This document shows, piece by piece, positions 10,038-19,870 of a stretch of 64,000 nucleotides of DNA; positions within the stretch are counted from its first letter, which is position 1; every line of letters starts with the position of its first letter. The stretch lies in IMG/VR virus record IMGVR_UViG_2061766007_000036, one strand, 5' to 3'. Under the pieces are notes generated by a model that worked only from the letters and a program-made list of their open reading frames with translations, made no database searches and had not been told where the DNA came from. This stretch comes from an uncultured virus (IMG/VR IMGVR_UViG_2061766007_000036). Lineage: Duplodnaviria > Heunggongvirae > Uroviricota > Caudoviricetes. A program made the position numbers and the translations under genes.

Positions 10038-10313
10038 TTATACCTCCGAAGCAATGTAGGCGGTTAAGCCGTCAAAAAGGTTACTGGTTTCGTAGTACGG
10101 CACCTCAAAGACCGTGACATCGTTCAGCATCAGCAGGCCGTTGGTCGGCAGGACCTGATCCTGATGTGCCTTCGGGGTGACTTCGTACTCGCCGGTGTAG
10201 GGTACTGCCGTGCCGGAGCCAAGGGAAAGTGTTCCTCTCAAACCGCCGACAGGAGAGAGAGTACCCTTAAGACCACCCACTGCTGAAAGTCTGCCAGTTA
10301 ACTTGCCGTCCAT
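10038..10313 (-). CDS. Hypothetical tail-associated protein
   Basis: G.LS.VGGL repeats; Y.GEYEVTPKA...PYYETSN; coupled to neighbours. Confidence 0.65.
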   Translation of the reverse strand: MDGKLTGRLSAVGGLKGTLSPVGGLRGTLSLGSGTAVPYTGEYEVTPKAHQDQVLPTNGLLMLNDVTVFEVPYYETSNLFDGLTAYIASEV

Positions 10314-10648
10314 TAATCAGCCTCCCAGCGCAGCTCTATCTTGGCCTCCGCGATGAAGGTGTCCACCACGCCGTTGGCCTTGGTCAGCTCGATGTCGTAC
10401 CCGTACTCTCCGAGCGGAAGGTTCTCCGTGTCTTCCGGCTGGAGCGTGACGACGAGGGTGCTGTTGGGGATCTCCTTGTACAGCAGGATCTGGCCGCAGC
10501 TGTCCTTGTTCATGCTCTTCATAGCGAAGCGGATGCGGTCGCCCTCCTGCACCTCATAGGGATCTCCGGAGGCGTCGAAGATCTCCACCTGCGCCTGCAT
10601 GGTGTCTCCCCTCGTCATGGAGATCCTGTTCCCGTTAATCTTTACCAT
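10313..10648 (-). CDS. BppU-like baseplate upper/adaptor protein
   Basis: MTRGDT...PEDT..LP.G.Y.YD motif; homologous to 27048-27386. Confidence 0.65.
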   Translation of the reverse strand: MVKINGNRISMTRGDTMQAQVEIFDASGDPYEVQEGDRIRFAMKSMNKDSCGQILLYKEIPNSTLVVTLQPEDTENLPLGEYGYDIELTKANGVVDTFIAEAKIELRWEAD

Positions 10649-10650
10649 TG

Positions 10651-10902
10651 TTACCGCCCCCTCTCAAGTTCTGTCAATCGGTGATCGAGGGAGTTTACCC
10701 TTTCCTCTATCACCGGGATGCGTGATGCGAAATCATTGTGCCTTTTGACCTCATCGGTCATTGTTGTGATCTTCTGTTCCTGGACCGCCAGCTTGGTGGT
10801 GATCTCGCTCCTGGTCTTCGCGTTGGTTGAGATGACGGTGATGATGGTCACCAAGATGGTCGCCGCTCCGCTGATGAGGGCGGCTATGACTGCGCTGTTC
10901 AT
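10651..10902 (-). CDS. Small membrane protein with coiled coil (holin/hemolysin-like)
   Basis: N-terminal TM helix, EVKRHNDFASRIPVIEE. Confidence 0.6.
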   Translation of the reverse strand: MNSAVIAALISGAATILVTIITVISTNAKTRSEITTKLAVQEQKITTMTDEVKRHNDFASRIPVIEERVNSLDHRLTELERGR

Positions 10903-10915
10903 ATACTCGCCCCCT

Positions 10916-12991
10916 TTATAGTTGTGTCCATGCGTTCCATGCGCTGACGTATGTCCGCACCCACGTTTTCGTGCCGTCGTACAGCGTGTATCTCTGCATA
11001 AAGAAATTATCAGTTGCCTTTATAATCTCCATAAATCCTGCCGCCCCGGCCTGTGGATAATGGTTTGCCGTAGTCGCTCTGCTCCCCTGTGCTTGATAGT
11101 AGTGACCGGCATTTGTAACGCTGTTAAGGTCTTCGTTCACAAGTTGCTTTAACCCAAACACACAGTTCCACGCTGACCACGCTCCGTTATAGTAGTCACG
11201 AATCCAAATACTGCTTGAATCATATGCGGTGTATCGTTGTAAGACATAGGCATTGTCTGAAAGAGGAATAACCTCAAGGTATCCGGCTAAAGTAACGGGA
11301 TAGTTCCTTGCCGTAGTAGCGTTGGCACTCCACTTCTGCGTGTAGCACCCAAAGCTCGTGTAGTTGTTCAGATCTCCTGAACCAAGGTCAAGGGCTTGAG
11401 ATATAGCTGTCTTTATCCAAGTGATTGTTCCTGTTCCGTTGAGGTCAGTTCCTACCCACAGGACATTTGACGAGCCAACATACAAATAATATTTGGCGGT
11501 ATTGATTGTGAAGCCAAGCCACCGCCCGTATGGCTCTGAAGTCGGGACATTCGGCAAAGATGTCTGGCTCCCCCACTGCATAGGGACTCCGTTGTTGTAC
11601 ATATACCAATCCGGGGCGATCGTCACGCCTTTTATCACTTCCGCCAACTGCCCGAACGCGACGGCGGGCAAATCCACATTGATATTCATCGGCACGGCTT
11701 CCGGAGAGACAAAGGTAGTATAAGTTGCCGTCATTCCGAGAGTGTCAACGAGATTTGCCACGAGCGTGTGAGATGACTGCGTTGATACGTTCTCGATATA
11801 GGTCACTCTTGTGCCGGATGTGAAGCCTGCGTAGCTGTCCTTCTGAACGCCATCCAATTTGAGCGTGTACGTTGAGGTCTGACCACCGTAGGTGGTGATG
11901 GGAGCCGTAACCTTAATGTTCGGCCCGTTGTCCGAAGCCACAAAACCACTGCCCGTCCCCGTGCCTCTTTGGTAGGACAACGAAAGGGTCGGCGGATTGT
12001 ACACGGACGCGGCGTAAAGAGTGAACGTGTAAGTCCTCGCCCCTACCGTTGTCCCGTTGCTTGATGTCCTCGTCCATATGTCTATATATCCGGTTATTGA
12101 ACTCTTTCCCACCATCTGCAAGTACAGAGAAGCGGGCGGTGTCCACGAGAACGAGGTAGAGCCGCCAGAGGAAATGTCGCGAATCGTTGCCTCTGCTGTT
12201 CCAACTCGATAAACAATAGAATCATAAAATGATGTGTTGTTCCTCGTGATTTGAATTGTTCCGGCTGTTCCAACCGTGAACGAAGACGGCAAGGTCAGCG
12301 TGGACGGTGCGTAGCCATTCAGCGTGAATGTATAGGTCTGCGTGCCCACTGTGGTCGTGCCGCTCTTGGTTGTGACGGTGATCGTGCCGGTCTTGCTCGT
12401 AGCTCCGCCCATCTGCGAGTACAGAGTGACGGCAGGTGTCCAGCTGAACGATGTAGATCCTCCGCTTGAGATGGTCGTGATCGTGCCACTCGCACTGCCG
12501 ACGGAATAGGCGACTGTGTCTGTAAATGAGCTGTCGTACCGTGTGATTGAAATACTACCGCTTGTCCCGATAGTGAACCCAGACGACGGCAGAGAAAGCA
12601 CTGACCCCGCTGGAGATACCGGGAGGCTGTAGGTGTACGTCTGCGACCTGCTGGAGCCGTCTCCGGAGTAGATCTTGATGACCAGCGAAGTCGTGCCGGT
12701 GGTCTTGGCCACGCTGAACGAGGAGGAGTGGTAGTAGACCTGTCCCGCGCTCCAGTTGCCGGGTGATGCGTTCTTCACCGTGGTCTTCGTGACCTTCGCC
12801 ACGCCGTCCAGAGAGAGGTCGAGGTAAATGGGGTATCCGAAGTATCTGCCGTAGTTGTTCGTCAGAGCCTGGAAGTCTACGTTGACCGTGTAGACCATGT
12901 TCGCTCCGCTCCGGCTTGCCGTGTAGGAGACATCGAAGTATATCGCGGGGGTCTCTGTCCCCCATCTGACGCTTGTCGCGAGTGTTGCCAT
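10916..12991 (-). CDS. Tail fibre/receptor-binding protein (DUF859-like N-part, tandem Ig-like repeat, two pyocin-knob-like domains)
   Basis: Position after Tal; duplicated SSGGSTSFSWTP unit; DLN.....G.Y.Q....AT....YP...AG.LE....QRYT.YD...W repeats. Confidence 0.75.
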   Translation of the reverse strand: MATLATSVRWGTETPAIYFDVSYTASRSGANMVYTVNVDFQALTNNYGRYFGYPIYLDLSLDGVAKVTKTTVKNASPGNWSAGQVYYHSSSFSVAKTTGTTSLVIKIYSGDGSSRSQTYTYSLPVSPAGSVLSLPSSGFTIGTSGSISITRYDSSFTDTVAYSVGSASGTITTISSGGSTSFSWTPAVTLYSQMGGATSKTGTITVTTKSGTTTVGTQTYTFTLNGYAPSTLTLPSSFTVGTAGTIQITRNNTSFYDSIVYRVGTAEATIRDISSGGSTSFSWTPPASLYLQMVGKSSITGYIDIWTRTSSNGTTVGARTYTFTLYAASVYNPPTLSLSYQRGTGTGSGFVASDNGPNIKVTAPITTYGGQTSTYTLKLDGVQKDSYAGFTSGTRVTYIENVSTQSSHTLVANLVDTLGMTATYTTFVSPEAVPMNINVDLPAVAFGQLAEVIKGVTIAPDWYMYNNGVPMQWGSQTSLPNVPTSEPYGRWLGFTINTAKYYLYVGSSNVLWVGTDLNGTGTITWIKTAISQALDLGSGDLNNYTSFGCYTQKWSANATTARNYPVTLAGYLEVIPLSDNAYVLQRYTAYDSSSIWIRDYYNGAWSAWNCVFGLKQLVNEDLNSVTNAGHYYQAQGSRATTANHYPQAGAAGFMEIIKATDNFFMQRYTLYDGTKTWVRTYVSAWNAWTQL

Positions 12992-13003
12992 TTGTCTCCC
13001 TCC

Positions 13004-14716
13004 TTACGATGATGCCTTGACGAAGCTCACAGAGCCGTTCGGCTGGCTGACCAGTTCGAGGTTGCCCAGCTGGAAGGACTGCAGTTCCGTGAGTCGGAAG
13101 CTGTTGTTGTTCCAATAGGCGAGTTCATTTCCGCCGGTGTCGCAGAACGAGATGCGGTCGCTCATCTGCTTCAGCACGATGCCGTTGGAACTTGAGCCGA
13201 TGCGAACGACCGGAGAGCCGCCCTCGAACGAGATGTGAAAATAATCGTCCAGGTTGTTCCCGTTCAGCGCAAAATACTGGGCGTTCATCTCAAGGATGCC
13301 GTTGTCCAAATCCAAGTTGAACGACTCGCCGTCAGCCGACTGGATAGTGCCGGCTCGCAGGTGCGCCGCTGTGACGAAGTTTGCCAGCAGGCCGTCCTGC
13401 AGGGTCGCGCCCATGACATAGTCGCCGTTGTATCCGCTCTGGGATACCGCCCAGCCCAGGTAATTGAACCGCCAGACGATGACGGCCTCCTCCGGGTTCG
13501 GTGAGTCTGCTATGTACAGCTCGTCCGGCATCCCGTCGCCGTTCGTATCTACCAGTCTCACAGCTCCCCCGTGCACGCCCATCATGGCCTGCGACAGCAT
13601 GGTGCTTATCTGCTCGACCAGGCTGGCGGTGGGCTTGTCTTCTATTTCCTTTGCCTGAGCCGCCACGATGGCCGCCAGGCTCGTTTTCACTCTGCCGAGT
13701 GTGACTGATTCGTATCTTTCCTTCAGGCAGTCATAGACGAACGCCACGGCTCTCGCGGTAGCATCCACGCCAAGCTCTGGAAACTGCACTGTCACGGTGT
13801 CTCCCAGCTGCACGGACTCCAGTAGGCCGACATCCTTGTATTCCTCTGTCTGCCACAGCGGGACGAAGTTGACGGTGAGGCTGACCTCCGGGACGCCGAG
13901 GTTGTTCGTGGCGATGTAGTTCTCCGCCGCAGTCCGGAGGGAGTCCTCCGTCGGCGGTTCCTGGAATCTGTCCGTCAGATCCAGCGAGAGCACCCGGTCG
14001 TAGGCCGTGGTCACGCCGACCTCTATCGTCTTCTCCGGCAGGGTCACGAGGATGCCGTTCGTGATGTCGTAGTAGTATGGAAATACATCGGTATAGACCG
14101 CCGCACAGTTCTCCTCCTGCTTCAGGTCCTTGAGGTTCTTTCCGTAGCGGATGGTCACGCCCCGGTCTGTTCCGAGATGGTTCTCCAGCGTGACGGAGAA
14201 GTTATCGAAGTCGTACTCGCCGCCGAATACATCCAGCAGGGAGCCTTCCTGCCCGGCCATGAGCGACCAGATGGCATCCGGGTGCCTCACGTTGAACGTA
14301 GCAGCAGTGTCCCTGGTCGTGGAAAACGAGAACGGGCACTCTGGCGTGGCGTGGTCTGTGATGCCGCTCAACGCCGTTGCTATGGACAGCGCCGTGAACG
14401 GTTCAACAACATAGCCCGCCATGTCATAGGAGATGTGGCGGGCGTTTATTGTTACGATGCCCTTCATGGGCTTGCCTATCCGGTACACCCGGAACAGTTG
14501 CGGGCCGGTTATCTGATCAGGCTCAACCAGCAGGAGTGACCGGAGCGCGATGGAGTCGTAGAACTGACCGCTCCGAGGATACTGCATGGTCAGTTCGTAC
14601 ATCCCGTTGATTTCCCGCTCTACCTTGCAGGAGATACAGTCTGAAAGCCTTCCTATCCCGATAGATCCGGAGGCCGGGGCGGTGGTCAGTCCGTCTGCAA
14701 ACAGTGCAGGGGTCAT
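13004..14716 (-). CDS. Tail spike/Tal (prophage tail endopeptidase-like)
   Basis: G.LSDC.SC.V.RE.NG.YEL.M.YP; QLFR.Y; YGKNL.DL.QE; V.LGDTV. Confidence 0.85.
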   Translation of the reverse strand: MTPALFADGLTTAPASGSIGIGRLSDCISCKVEREINGMYELTMQYPRSGQFYDSIALRSLLLVEPDQITGPQLFRVYRIGKPMKGIVTINARHISYDMAGYVVEPFTALSIATALSGITDHATPECPFSFSTTRDTAATFNVRHPDAIWSLMAGQEGSLLDVFGGEYDFDNFSVTLENHLGTDRGVTIRYGKNLKDLKQEENCAAVYTDVFPYYYDITNGILVTLPEKTIEVGVTTAYDRVLSLDLTDRFQEPPTEDSLRTAAENYIATNNLGVPEVSLTVNFVPLWQTEEYKDVGLLESVQLGDTVTVQFPELGVDATARAVAFVYDCLKERYESVTLGRVKTSLAAIVAAQAKEIEDKPTASLVEQISTMLSQAMMGVHGGAVRLVDTNGDGMPDELYIADSPNPEEAVIVWRFNYLGWAVSQSGYNGDYVMGATLQDGLLANFVTAAHLRAGTIQSADGESFNLDLDNGILEMNAQYFALNGNNLDDYFHISFEGGSPVVRIGSSSNGIVLKQMSDRISFCDTGGNELAYWNNNSFRLTELQSFQLGNLELVSQPNGSVSFVKASS

Positions 14717-15447
14717 AGCGTCCACCACCTCGGCATGATCTGTACGCTGGAGATGTTTCCGGTGTATGCCACCGTATTGCTCCCCGGCTTCAGGAAGGGG
14801 AAGTCACTGTCCAGAGTGATCTTTCCGTTCTGGCTCAGCTTCACGTTGGAGGATATTCTGTATGCGTTCTGCGTCTCGCAGTCGATGTACAGAGGAGTTC
14901 CTTCCGCGCCGGTGATGGTTATCGTCCTTCCGTTCACCGTCACCGTTCCGTTCCTCGTTGTGGAGGAGAAGGCGATCTGGATCAGCGGGAGAGCATTGAA
15001 CTTCGTCGGGTTGCTGATCGTGCCGTTGTTTGCGACGGTGGTGTAGCTCTGGCCGCTGTCAAGGTAGAACTGAGGATAGCAGTCAAAAAGTATTTCAAAG
15101 GCCCCGGACTGGTTCTGCACGCCCTGCTGTGGTTCAAAGCCTTCTGCAAATCTTGCCAGCCGGAAGCCGTCCGAGTGATAGCTGTCCCGGAGTACCAGGT
15201 ATCCGAGCTTTGACAGCATCGCTGCCTTGAACGCTCCGAAGTCGGGAGCGAAGTTGCCCCACATGAACCCCTGGTACTTGATCGGGACGTTGATGTATCT
15301 TCCGTTGTCCAGCGTCAGCGTTCCGTTCCTTCCTGGTATCTCAATGACGTCGACGTCTCTCTCCGGCGCTCTGAAAGTTTCGCCGCCCAGGATGATCACG
15401 TCGTAGTCTCTTGTGTCTATATCGTCAAAAACAAAGTATCCGTTCAT
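14713..15447 (-). CDS. Distal tail protein (Dit)
   Basis: PERD....IPGRNG.L; F.C.PQ; L.PG.N...; PRWWTL; follows TMP. Confidence 0.85.
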   Translation of the reverse strand: MNGYFVFDDIDTRDYDVIILGGETFRAPERDVDVIEIPGRNGTLTLDNGRYINVPIKYQGFMWGNFAPDFGAFKAAMLSKLGYLVLRDSYHSDGFRLARFAEGFEPQQGVQNQSGAFEILFDCYPQFYLDSGQSYTTVANNGTISNPTKFNALPLIQIAFSSTTRNGTVTVNGRTITITGAEGTPLYIDCETQNAYRISSNVKLSQNGKITLDSDFPFLKPGSNTVAYTGNISSVQIMPRWWTL

Positions 15448-17387
15448 GCCAGTGCAGCCTCCCTCCGCTGGATCTCAAAGGACAGCCGCTCTGCGACCGC
15501 TGTCGCCAGCTCGTCCACATCCTGGCCGGGCGATCCGTTCACGGTGATGCTGATGTCGTAGGTGCTGTTGCCTCTGCTGTTGGTGCCGCCCACCAGGAAG
15601 TCGCTGTGCACGCCCAGCTCGGAGCTGAAGCCCCGCGTGGTCATTGATGTGATGTCATCAATGGCGTTGGTGATGGGCCTCGTGTTCCCCTCGATACCTT
15701 TGGCAAGGCCGGCGTCCAGCATCTCTCCGAAGTAGGCCATCTCCTTGGAAGGAGAACCGATGCCGAAGATCTTCTTGATGCCGTTCAGAATGGACTTTCC
15801 GAAGCCCTTTATCTTATCGAGCACCCACTGCGTAGCGTTGGAGATACCGTTCCACAGGCCCTTGACCAGATCCAAGCCGGCCTGCGTGACCTTGGCAAAT
15901 CCTTCGCGGATCTTCTGCGGGATGCTCGTTACAAATGTGACCACCTTCTGGATGATCTTCGTGAACCACTGGGAGATGGACTGCCAGATGTTCGAGAAGA
16001 ACTGTCCGACCGCGTTCAGCACGTTCGAGCGGATCTCGTTGTACTTGACCCAGATGTTCGTGAAAAAGCCAACGACCTTTTGAATGATGTTGCTGAACCA
16101 CTGGCCGATGCTTGACCAGATGCCGCTGAACCACTGACCGATGGACGAAAATGTCCCGCTCAGCCACGGCCAGATCGTGTCCTTCCACAGGCCACTGAGA
16201 AGTTCGTACAGCGTTACCGCTATCACCTTTATGCACTCCCAGATCGCCGACAGCAAAAGTGGAAGATTCTTGATCAGCGCGATGCCGATGTCTACGATGC
16301 CTTGGATGATGGGTGGAATCACCGCTGGCAGGATCTCCGGCAGGGCGGCTGCCAGAGCGTTGACCAGGTCGACCGCCGTCTGCACGACGATCGGGATGAT
16401 TGCCGGAAGCATCCCCGCCAGCTGCTGGGCCAGTGTCACCATCGTGCTCAGAAGCACCGGCAGGATGTCCGTGACGAGCATCGGTGCCAACTGCGTGAGG
16501 ATCTCTCCAACCGCCGGGATCAGGTTCGTCAGGACCGTCTGGAGCATCGGGACGATATTACCGGCGAATCCAAGCACGGACTCTGTGAAGCTCTGGATCA
16601 CGCCGGAGATGTCCTCTCCTGTGGTCATGGCTGTGAGCAGATTCGTCCACGAGGACTTCATGGATGCCAGGGAGCCGGATACCGTGCTCGCCGCTTCCTC
16701 TGCCGTCGTGCCGGTGATGCCCATCTCCGTCTGGATGACGTGGATGGCTTCCGCCACGTCGGAGAAGTTCGAGATGTCGTACTTGACGCCGGAGAGCTTC
16801 GAGGCGTCCTCCAGGAGCCTGACCATCTCTTCCCTCGTGCCGCCGTATCCGAGCTTGAGGTTGTCGAGCATGGTGTAGTTCTGCTTCGCGAATCCAGAGT
16901 AGGCGTTCTGGATGCTCTCCATCGAGGAGCCCATCTTGTTCGCGTTGTCTGCCATGTCGACGATGATCTGGTCGGATAGATCTGCCGCTCTTCCGATGTG
17001 CCCCTCTGTCTTCGTCAGGGAGGCGTTCAATGCAGCGGAGAAGCCCATGACCGTCTCCATGTACTCGTTCGCGCTCAGGCCGGCCGTCTTGTATGCATTT
17101 GCCGCATTCTGCTGGACGTCATACGTTAGGTCCTCGAACATGGTCTCAATACCGCCGACCAGCTGCTCGTAGTTCGCTCCCTCCGAGATGGCCGACTTGA
17201 TGACCTTCCCAATGCCGGCCGCGATGATGATCGTCTTGATTGCTTTTCCGAAACTATGCCCGGATTTTTCTCCGGCTTCCTTACCGGCTTTTTCTGGCTC
17301 GTCTCCAAGCGCCTCGCCGATCTTACCCTTAATGCCCTGAGCAGACGGGACGATCTGCACATACGCTTTCGCCAATTCTGTAGCCAC
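15444..17387 (-). CDS. Tape measure protein (647 aa)
   Basis: KAYVQIVPS; FAKQNYTMLDNLKLGYGGT; 11-residue W/F repeats; GI.SPS. Confidence 0.92.
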   Translation of the reverse strand: MATELAKAYVQIVPSAQGIKGKIGEALGDEPEKAGKEAGEKSGHSFGKAIKTIIIAAGIGKVIKSAISEGANYEQLVGGIETMFEDLTYDVQQNAANAYKTAGLSANEYMETVMGFSAALNASLTKTEGHIGRAADLSDQIIVDMADNANKMGSSMESIQNAYSGFAKQNYTMLDNLKLGYGGTREEMVRLLEDASKLSGVKYDISNFSDVAEAIHVIQTEMGITGTTAEEAASTVSGSLASMKSSWTNLLTAMTTGEDISGVIQSFTESVLGFAGNIVPMLQTVLTNLIPAVGEILTQLAPMLVTDILPVLLSTMVTLAQQLAGMLPAIIPIVVQTAVDLVNALAAALPEILPAVIPPIIQGIVDIGIALIKNLPLLLSAIWECIKVIAVTLYELLSGLWKDTIWPWLSGTFSSIGQWFSGIWSSIGQWFSNIIQKVVGFFTNIWVKYNEIRSNVLNAVGQFFSNIWQSISQWFTKIIQKVVTFVTSIPQKIREGFAKVTQAGLDLVKGLWNGISNATQWVLDKIKGFGKSILNGIKKIFGIGSPSKEMAYFGEMLDAGLAKGIEGNTRPITNAIDDITSMTTRGFSSELGVHSDFLVGGTNSRGNSTYDISITVNGSPGQDVDELATAVAERLSFEIQRREAALA

Positions 17388-17750
17388 TTACTCACCTCCG
17401 GTAAGTCTTGAAAATTCGGCGTCAAAGTCTGCCGCCGATCTATATGCGTTTACCTTGTCTTCTTCATGCCCTTGCAGTAGCTTCTCCGCGATGCTTTCCG
17501 GCCGGTTCCTGTTGTGTCTGGCGTCTTTACTGTTCGCCCACAGTTGGAGTCCCAGCCTGTCCGCTATGGCCGCCAGGAACAGCGTGTCAAGCGGCACGCT
17601 CATTTCCTGGAGCTTCATCTTGATCCTGGAGTCATCCCGCAGACCGCAAGCGAGCACTGCGGCCCTTCCGGGTGGCAGTGCTCGATAGTCATAGATGCGG
17701 TAAGTCTCCGCCATGTCGCAGACCAGCGAGTCATCGTCGGTCGTGATCAT
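17388..17750 (-). CDS. Tail assembly chaperone, downstream (gpT-like, DUF5361-like) part
   Basis: CD.AETY.IYD...GLRDDSRIK; reachable by -1 frameshift from upstream gene. Confidence 0.75.
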   Translation of the reverse strand: MITTDDDSLVCDMAETYRIYDYRALPPGRAAVLACGLRDDSRIKMKLQEMSVPLDTLFLAAIADRLGLQLWANSKDARHNRNRPESIAEKLLQGHEEDKVNAYRSAADFDAEFSRLTGGE

Positions 17751-17764
17751 GCCCGCAAGGGCGA

Positions 17765-17776
17765 TTATTTTTTTTC
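17765..17776 (-). other. -1 ribosomal frameshift slippery site (A AAA AAA)
   Basis: 8 A run; -1 frame reads I-I-A-L-A-G-M into ORF 17750 without a stop. Confidence 0.75.
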
Positions 17777-18022
17777 GGCTGTCTTGAGGGCGTTGAAGAT
17801 CTCCACCAGGAACCCGCTCATGTCTTCGACTGTGCAGGCTCCGGTCTTCTCTCTCTGGTAGGCCACGAGTGCCTTTTTCTGCTCTTCGCCGAGGATGGCG
17901 TTGAACAGGGCCGGCAGCTTCGTGGAGTTCCCGTTGTCGATCTCGCAGATCGTCTCCACGACTTCCCAGTCGTGCAGAGCGTTCTCATCGACCGTCAGCT
18001 CGAATCCGTTGGTCAGCGTCAT
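17765..18022 (-). CDS. Tail assembly chaperone (gpG-like)
   Basis: Between tail tube and TMP; ends in GAA AAA AAA TAA. Confidence 0.75.
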   Translation of the reverse strand: MTLTNGFELTVDENALHDWEVVETICEIDNGNSTKLPALFNAILGEEQKKALVAYQREKTGACTVEDMSGFLVEIFNALKTAEKK

Positions 18023-18035
18023 GACTTACTCCTCC

Positions 18036-18587
18036 TTAGCCCTTGATGTACTCGTAATGAGTAACGCCGGAGCTGTTGGGGAACGCGGTCACGGTGATCT
18101 CGTAGCCGATGGCTTCACCGTCAGCATAGGTCACTTCGCCGATCTCGGAGATCGACCCGTTCGGGATCACGACCCGCTTCGCCACGTTGTTCCGGAGCAC
18201 CATGTCGATGACCCATGCGTGCGCTTCAGGCTCGGCAGCCTTGGCGTTCACGGTGTAGCCACTGGACAGGGACGTGCCGGTCACGTTGCTCGCGCCGAAA
18301 ACGACCTTCAGCACTTCGATGTTCAGGGCCTCAATCAGGGTGAACGTGAAGGTGTCGGTCTTGCCGGTCATCAGGTTGAGGACGGTATCGCCGCCCCACG
18401 CCTTGATCTCATCGTTCTCCGGCGTGTTGTTGTTCGTCAGGCCGTCCTCGGAGATGTATCCGAGAGCGGTGAAGCCGGTCAGCGTCCCGCCGGTCGAGGT
18501 CGGGAGAGTCGCCGTGGTAGCGCCCACGGAAACAGCACCGCCGACAGCAGGCTTCGCGGCGCTGACGTTAGCAACAGTCTGTGCCAT
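18036..18587 (-). CDS. Major tail tube protein
   Basis: LGYISEDGL; IKAWGGD.V; F..TLIE; GYE.T.TA.P. Confidence 0.88.
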   Translation of the reverse strand: MAQTVANVSAAKPAVGGAVSVGATTATLPTSTGGTLTGFTALGYISEDGLTNNNTPENDEIKAWGGDTVLNLMTGKTDTFTFTLIEALNIEVLKVVFGASNVTGTSLSSGYTVNAKAAEPEAHAWVIDMVLRNNVAKRVVIPNGSISEIGEVTYADGEAIGYEITVTAFPNSSGVTHYEYIKG

Positions 18588-18600
18588 GTGTTTTTCCTCC

Positions 18601-18933
18601 TTAGTATGTCAGATCGTACACCGCCTGGTAGCGGTACCGTTTCACGGATGTGTCCGTGTAGTTGTAATCGGAGTTCAGCCTTGCTCTGAACACGTTCTCC
18701 GTGTCGGCCATGGTGTCCATCGCCGCTTTCACTGTCTCGTTCAGCTCAGCTGCCCCCGCCATTGACGGCGAGTAAGACTGGATCGCGAAGGTTGCTCTAT
18801 CGATCCTGTTGTCCCGGCCTGAGCCGGTCTTCTCCAATAGAACAAAACTACCCGGCATCTCCTCCGGCATCTCCATGTACACGGGGACGTCCAGCTGAGA
18901 CTCCAGGTAGTGCAGAACTGTCAGCTCGATCAC
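18601..18933 (-). CDS. Tail terminator/completion protein
   Basis: EKTGS; A.QSY; NSDYN.TD...K.YRYQAV; position before tail tube. Confidence 0.75.
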   Translation of the reverse strand: MIELTVLHYLESQLDVPVYMEMPEEMPGSFVLLEKTGSGRDNRIDRATFAIQSYSPSMAGAAELNETVKAAMDTMADTENVFRARLNSDYNYTDTSVKRYRYQAVYDLTY

Positions 18934-19170
18934 TTATCTCACCGCCTTAAGTAGTGAATTGTTTTTGAGGTTGTCCCTCATGGCCTCGTCTGTCGAGGCA
19001 AAGACGCCGGCGTTCGCACGGTTCCGTCCGACATAGATGTCGGTCTCGTATCCGTCACCGGCGGCGCTGGCGATTTCCGAGGCCCGCTCAGCGAGGAGGC
19101 TCTGCATCTCTGCACTGCGGAGCATGGCCCGCACTCCGGCGGAGATGAGCTCGATCTTAGTCTTCGCCAT
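18934..19170 (-). CDS. Neck protein (HK97 gp10-like position)
   Basis: LRSAEMQ...RA...DNLKNN.LLKAV. Confidence 0.65.
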   Translation of the reverse strand: MAKTKIELISAGVRAMLRSAEMQSLLAERASEIASAAGDGYETDIYVGRNRANAGVFASTDEAMRDNLKNNSLLKAVR

Positions 19171-19498
19171 TGAACCTCTCCACCTTGACCTTCCTGTTCC
19201 AGCTGAGCGGAATCAGCTCCTCCTGGCCTTCCTCCGGATAACCGATGGTACGCCAGTCTTCGCCGAAGAAGCTCACATGGGCGTTCACCCAGTTGTGTGA
19301 GTCTCCCTTCGGGATGCCCAGCTGATACACGGCCCGCTTGCCGGTGAGGTTCATCTCAGAGATGACGTCCTCGGTGCTCACGGGCGCGATCAGCACGTTT
19401 CCGACTTCAACCGGTATCTCTGTATAGGTCGGCCGGTTGAAGCTGTCCGTGCCGGTCTGCGTGCGCTCATAGAGTGTTACAGTTCGTCCCCTCAGCAT
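19157..19498 (-). CDS. Head closure (stopper) protein
   Basis: G.D.FN.P; V.NVL.AP; L.IPK...W; WNRKV.VER. Confidence 0.75.
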   Translation of the reverse strand: MLRGRTVTLYERTQTGTDSFNRPTYTEIPVEVGNVLIAPVSTEDVISEMNLTGKRAVYQLGIPKGDSHNWVNAHVSFFGEDWRTIGYPEEGQEELIPLSWNRKVKVERFNGED

Positions 19499-19868
19499 GC
19501 GGCCACCCCCTCTCGAGCGGGTTGCCAGCTCCGATCTTGTCTCCGAGGCCGAGCAGTCGTTTCTCAGCCTTCGACAGATAGAGCTCGCCGTTTGCTCCGG
19601 AGCCGAACGTCCAGGACTGGCTGTATCCGAGAGCCGCCTGGCTGCCCTGCGTAGCTCCGACCGGGACTCCGAGTTCCATGCTGCTGTCCAGCACTCGTAT
19701 GACCATGCGGCAGCTGACGATCTTCGCTGCGTCCGTAGACGCCCACGGTGCGGCAGTGTCGATCATGACTGCTGCATCTTCGAGCAGCACTTCGCACTGT
19801 GTCGCTTCTCCTTCGCTGAGCGTCCTGGTCATCCTCGCCTGAACGTCTTCTACTGTCGCATAGCTCAT
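19467..19868 (-). CDS. Head-to-tail adaptor (Gp19/Gp15/Gp42-like)
   Basis: YAT.EDV.AR...LL.DA..; V.C.MV.R; YSQSWT...G.LYL.K.EK..LG. Confidence 0.8.
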   Translation of the reverse strand: MSYATVEDVQARMTRTLSEGEATQCEVLLEDAAVMIDTAAPWASTDAAKIVSCRMVIRVLDSSMELGVPVGATQGSQAALGYSQSWTFGSGANGELYLSKAEKRLLGLGDKIGAGNPLERGWPHAEGTNCNTL

Positions 19869-19870
19869 GA

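Noticed and set aside
3713..12991. Diversity-generating retroelement or invertase shufflon acting on fibres/LRRs
   Set aside because: No reverse transcriptase, recombinase, adenine-specific TR/VR pair or inverted cassettes were seen; all genes are co-oriented.
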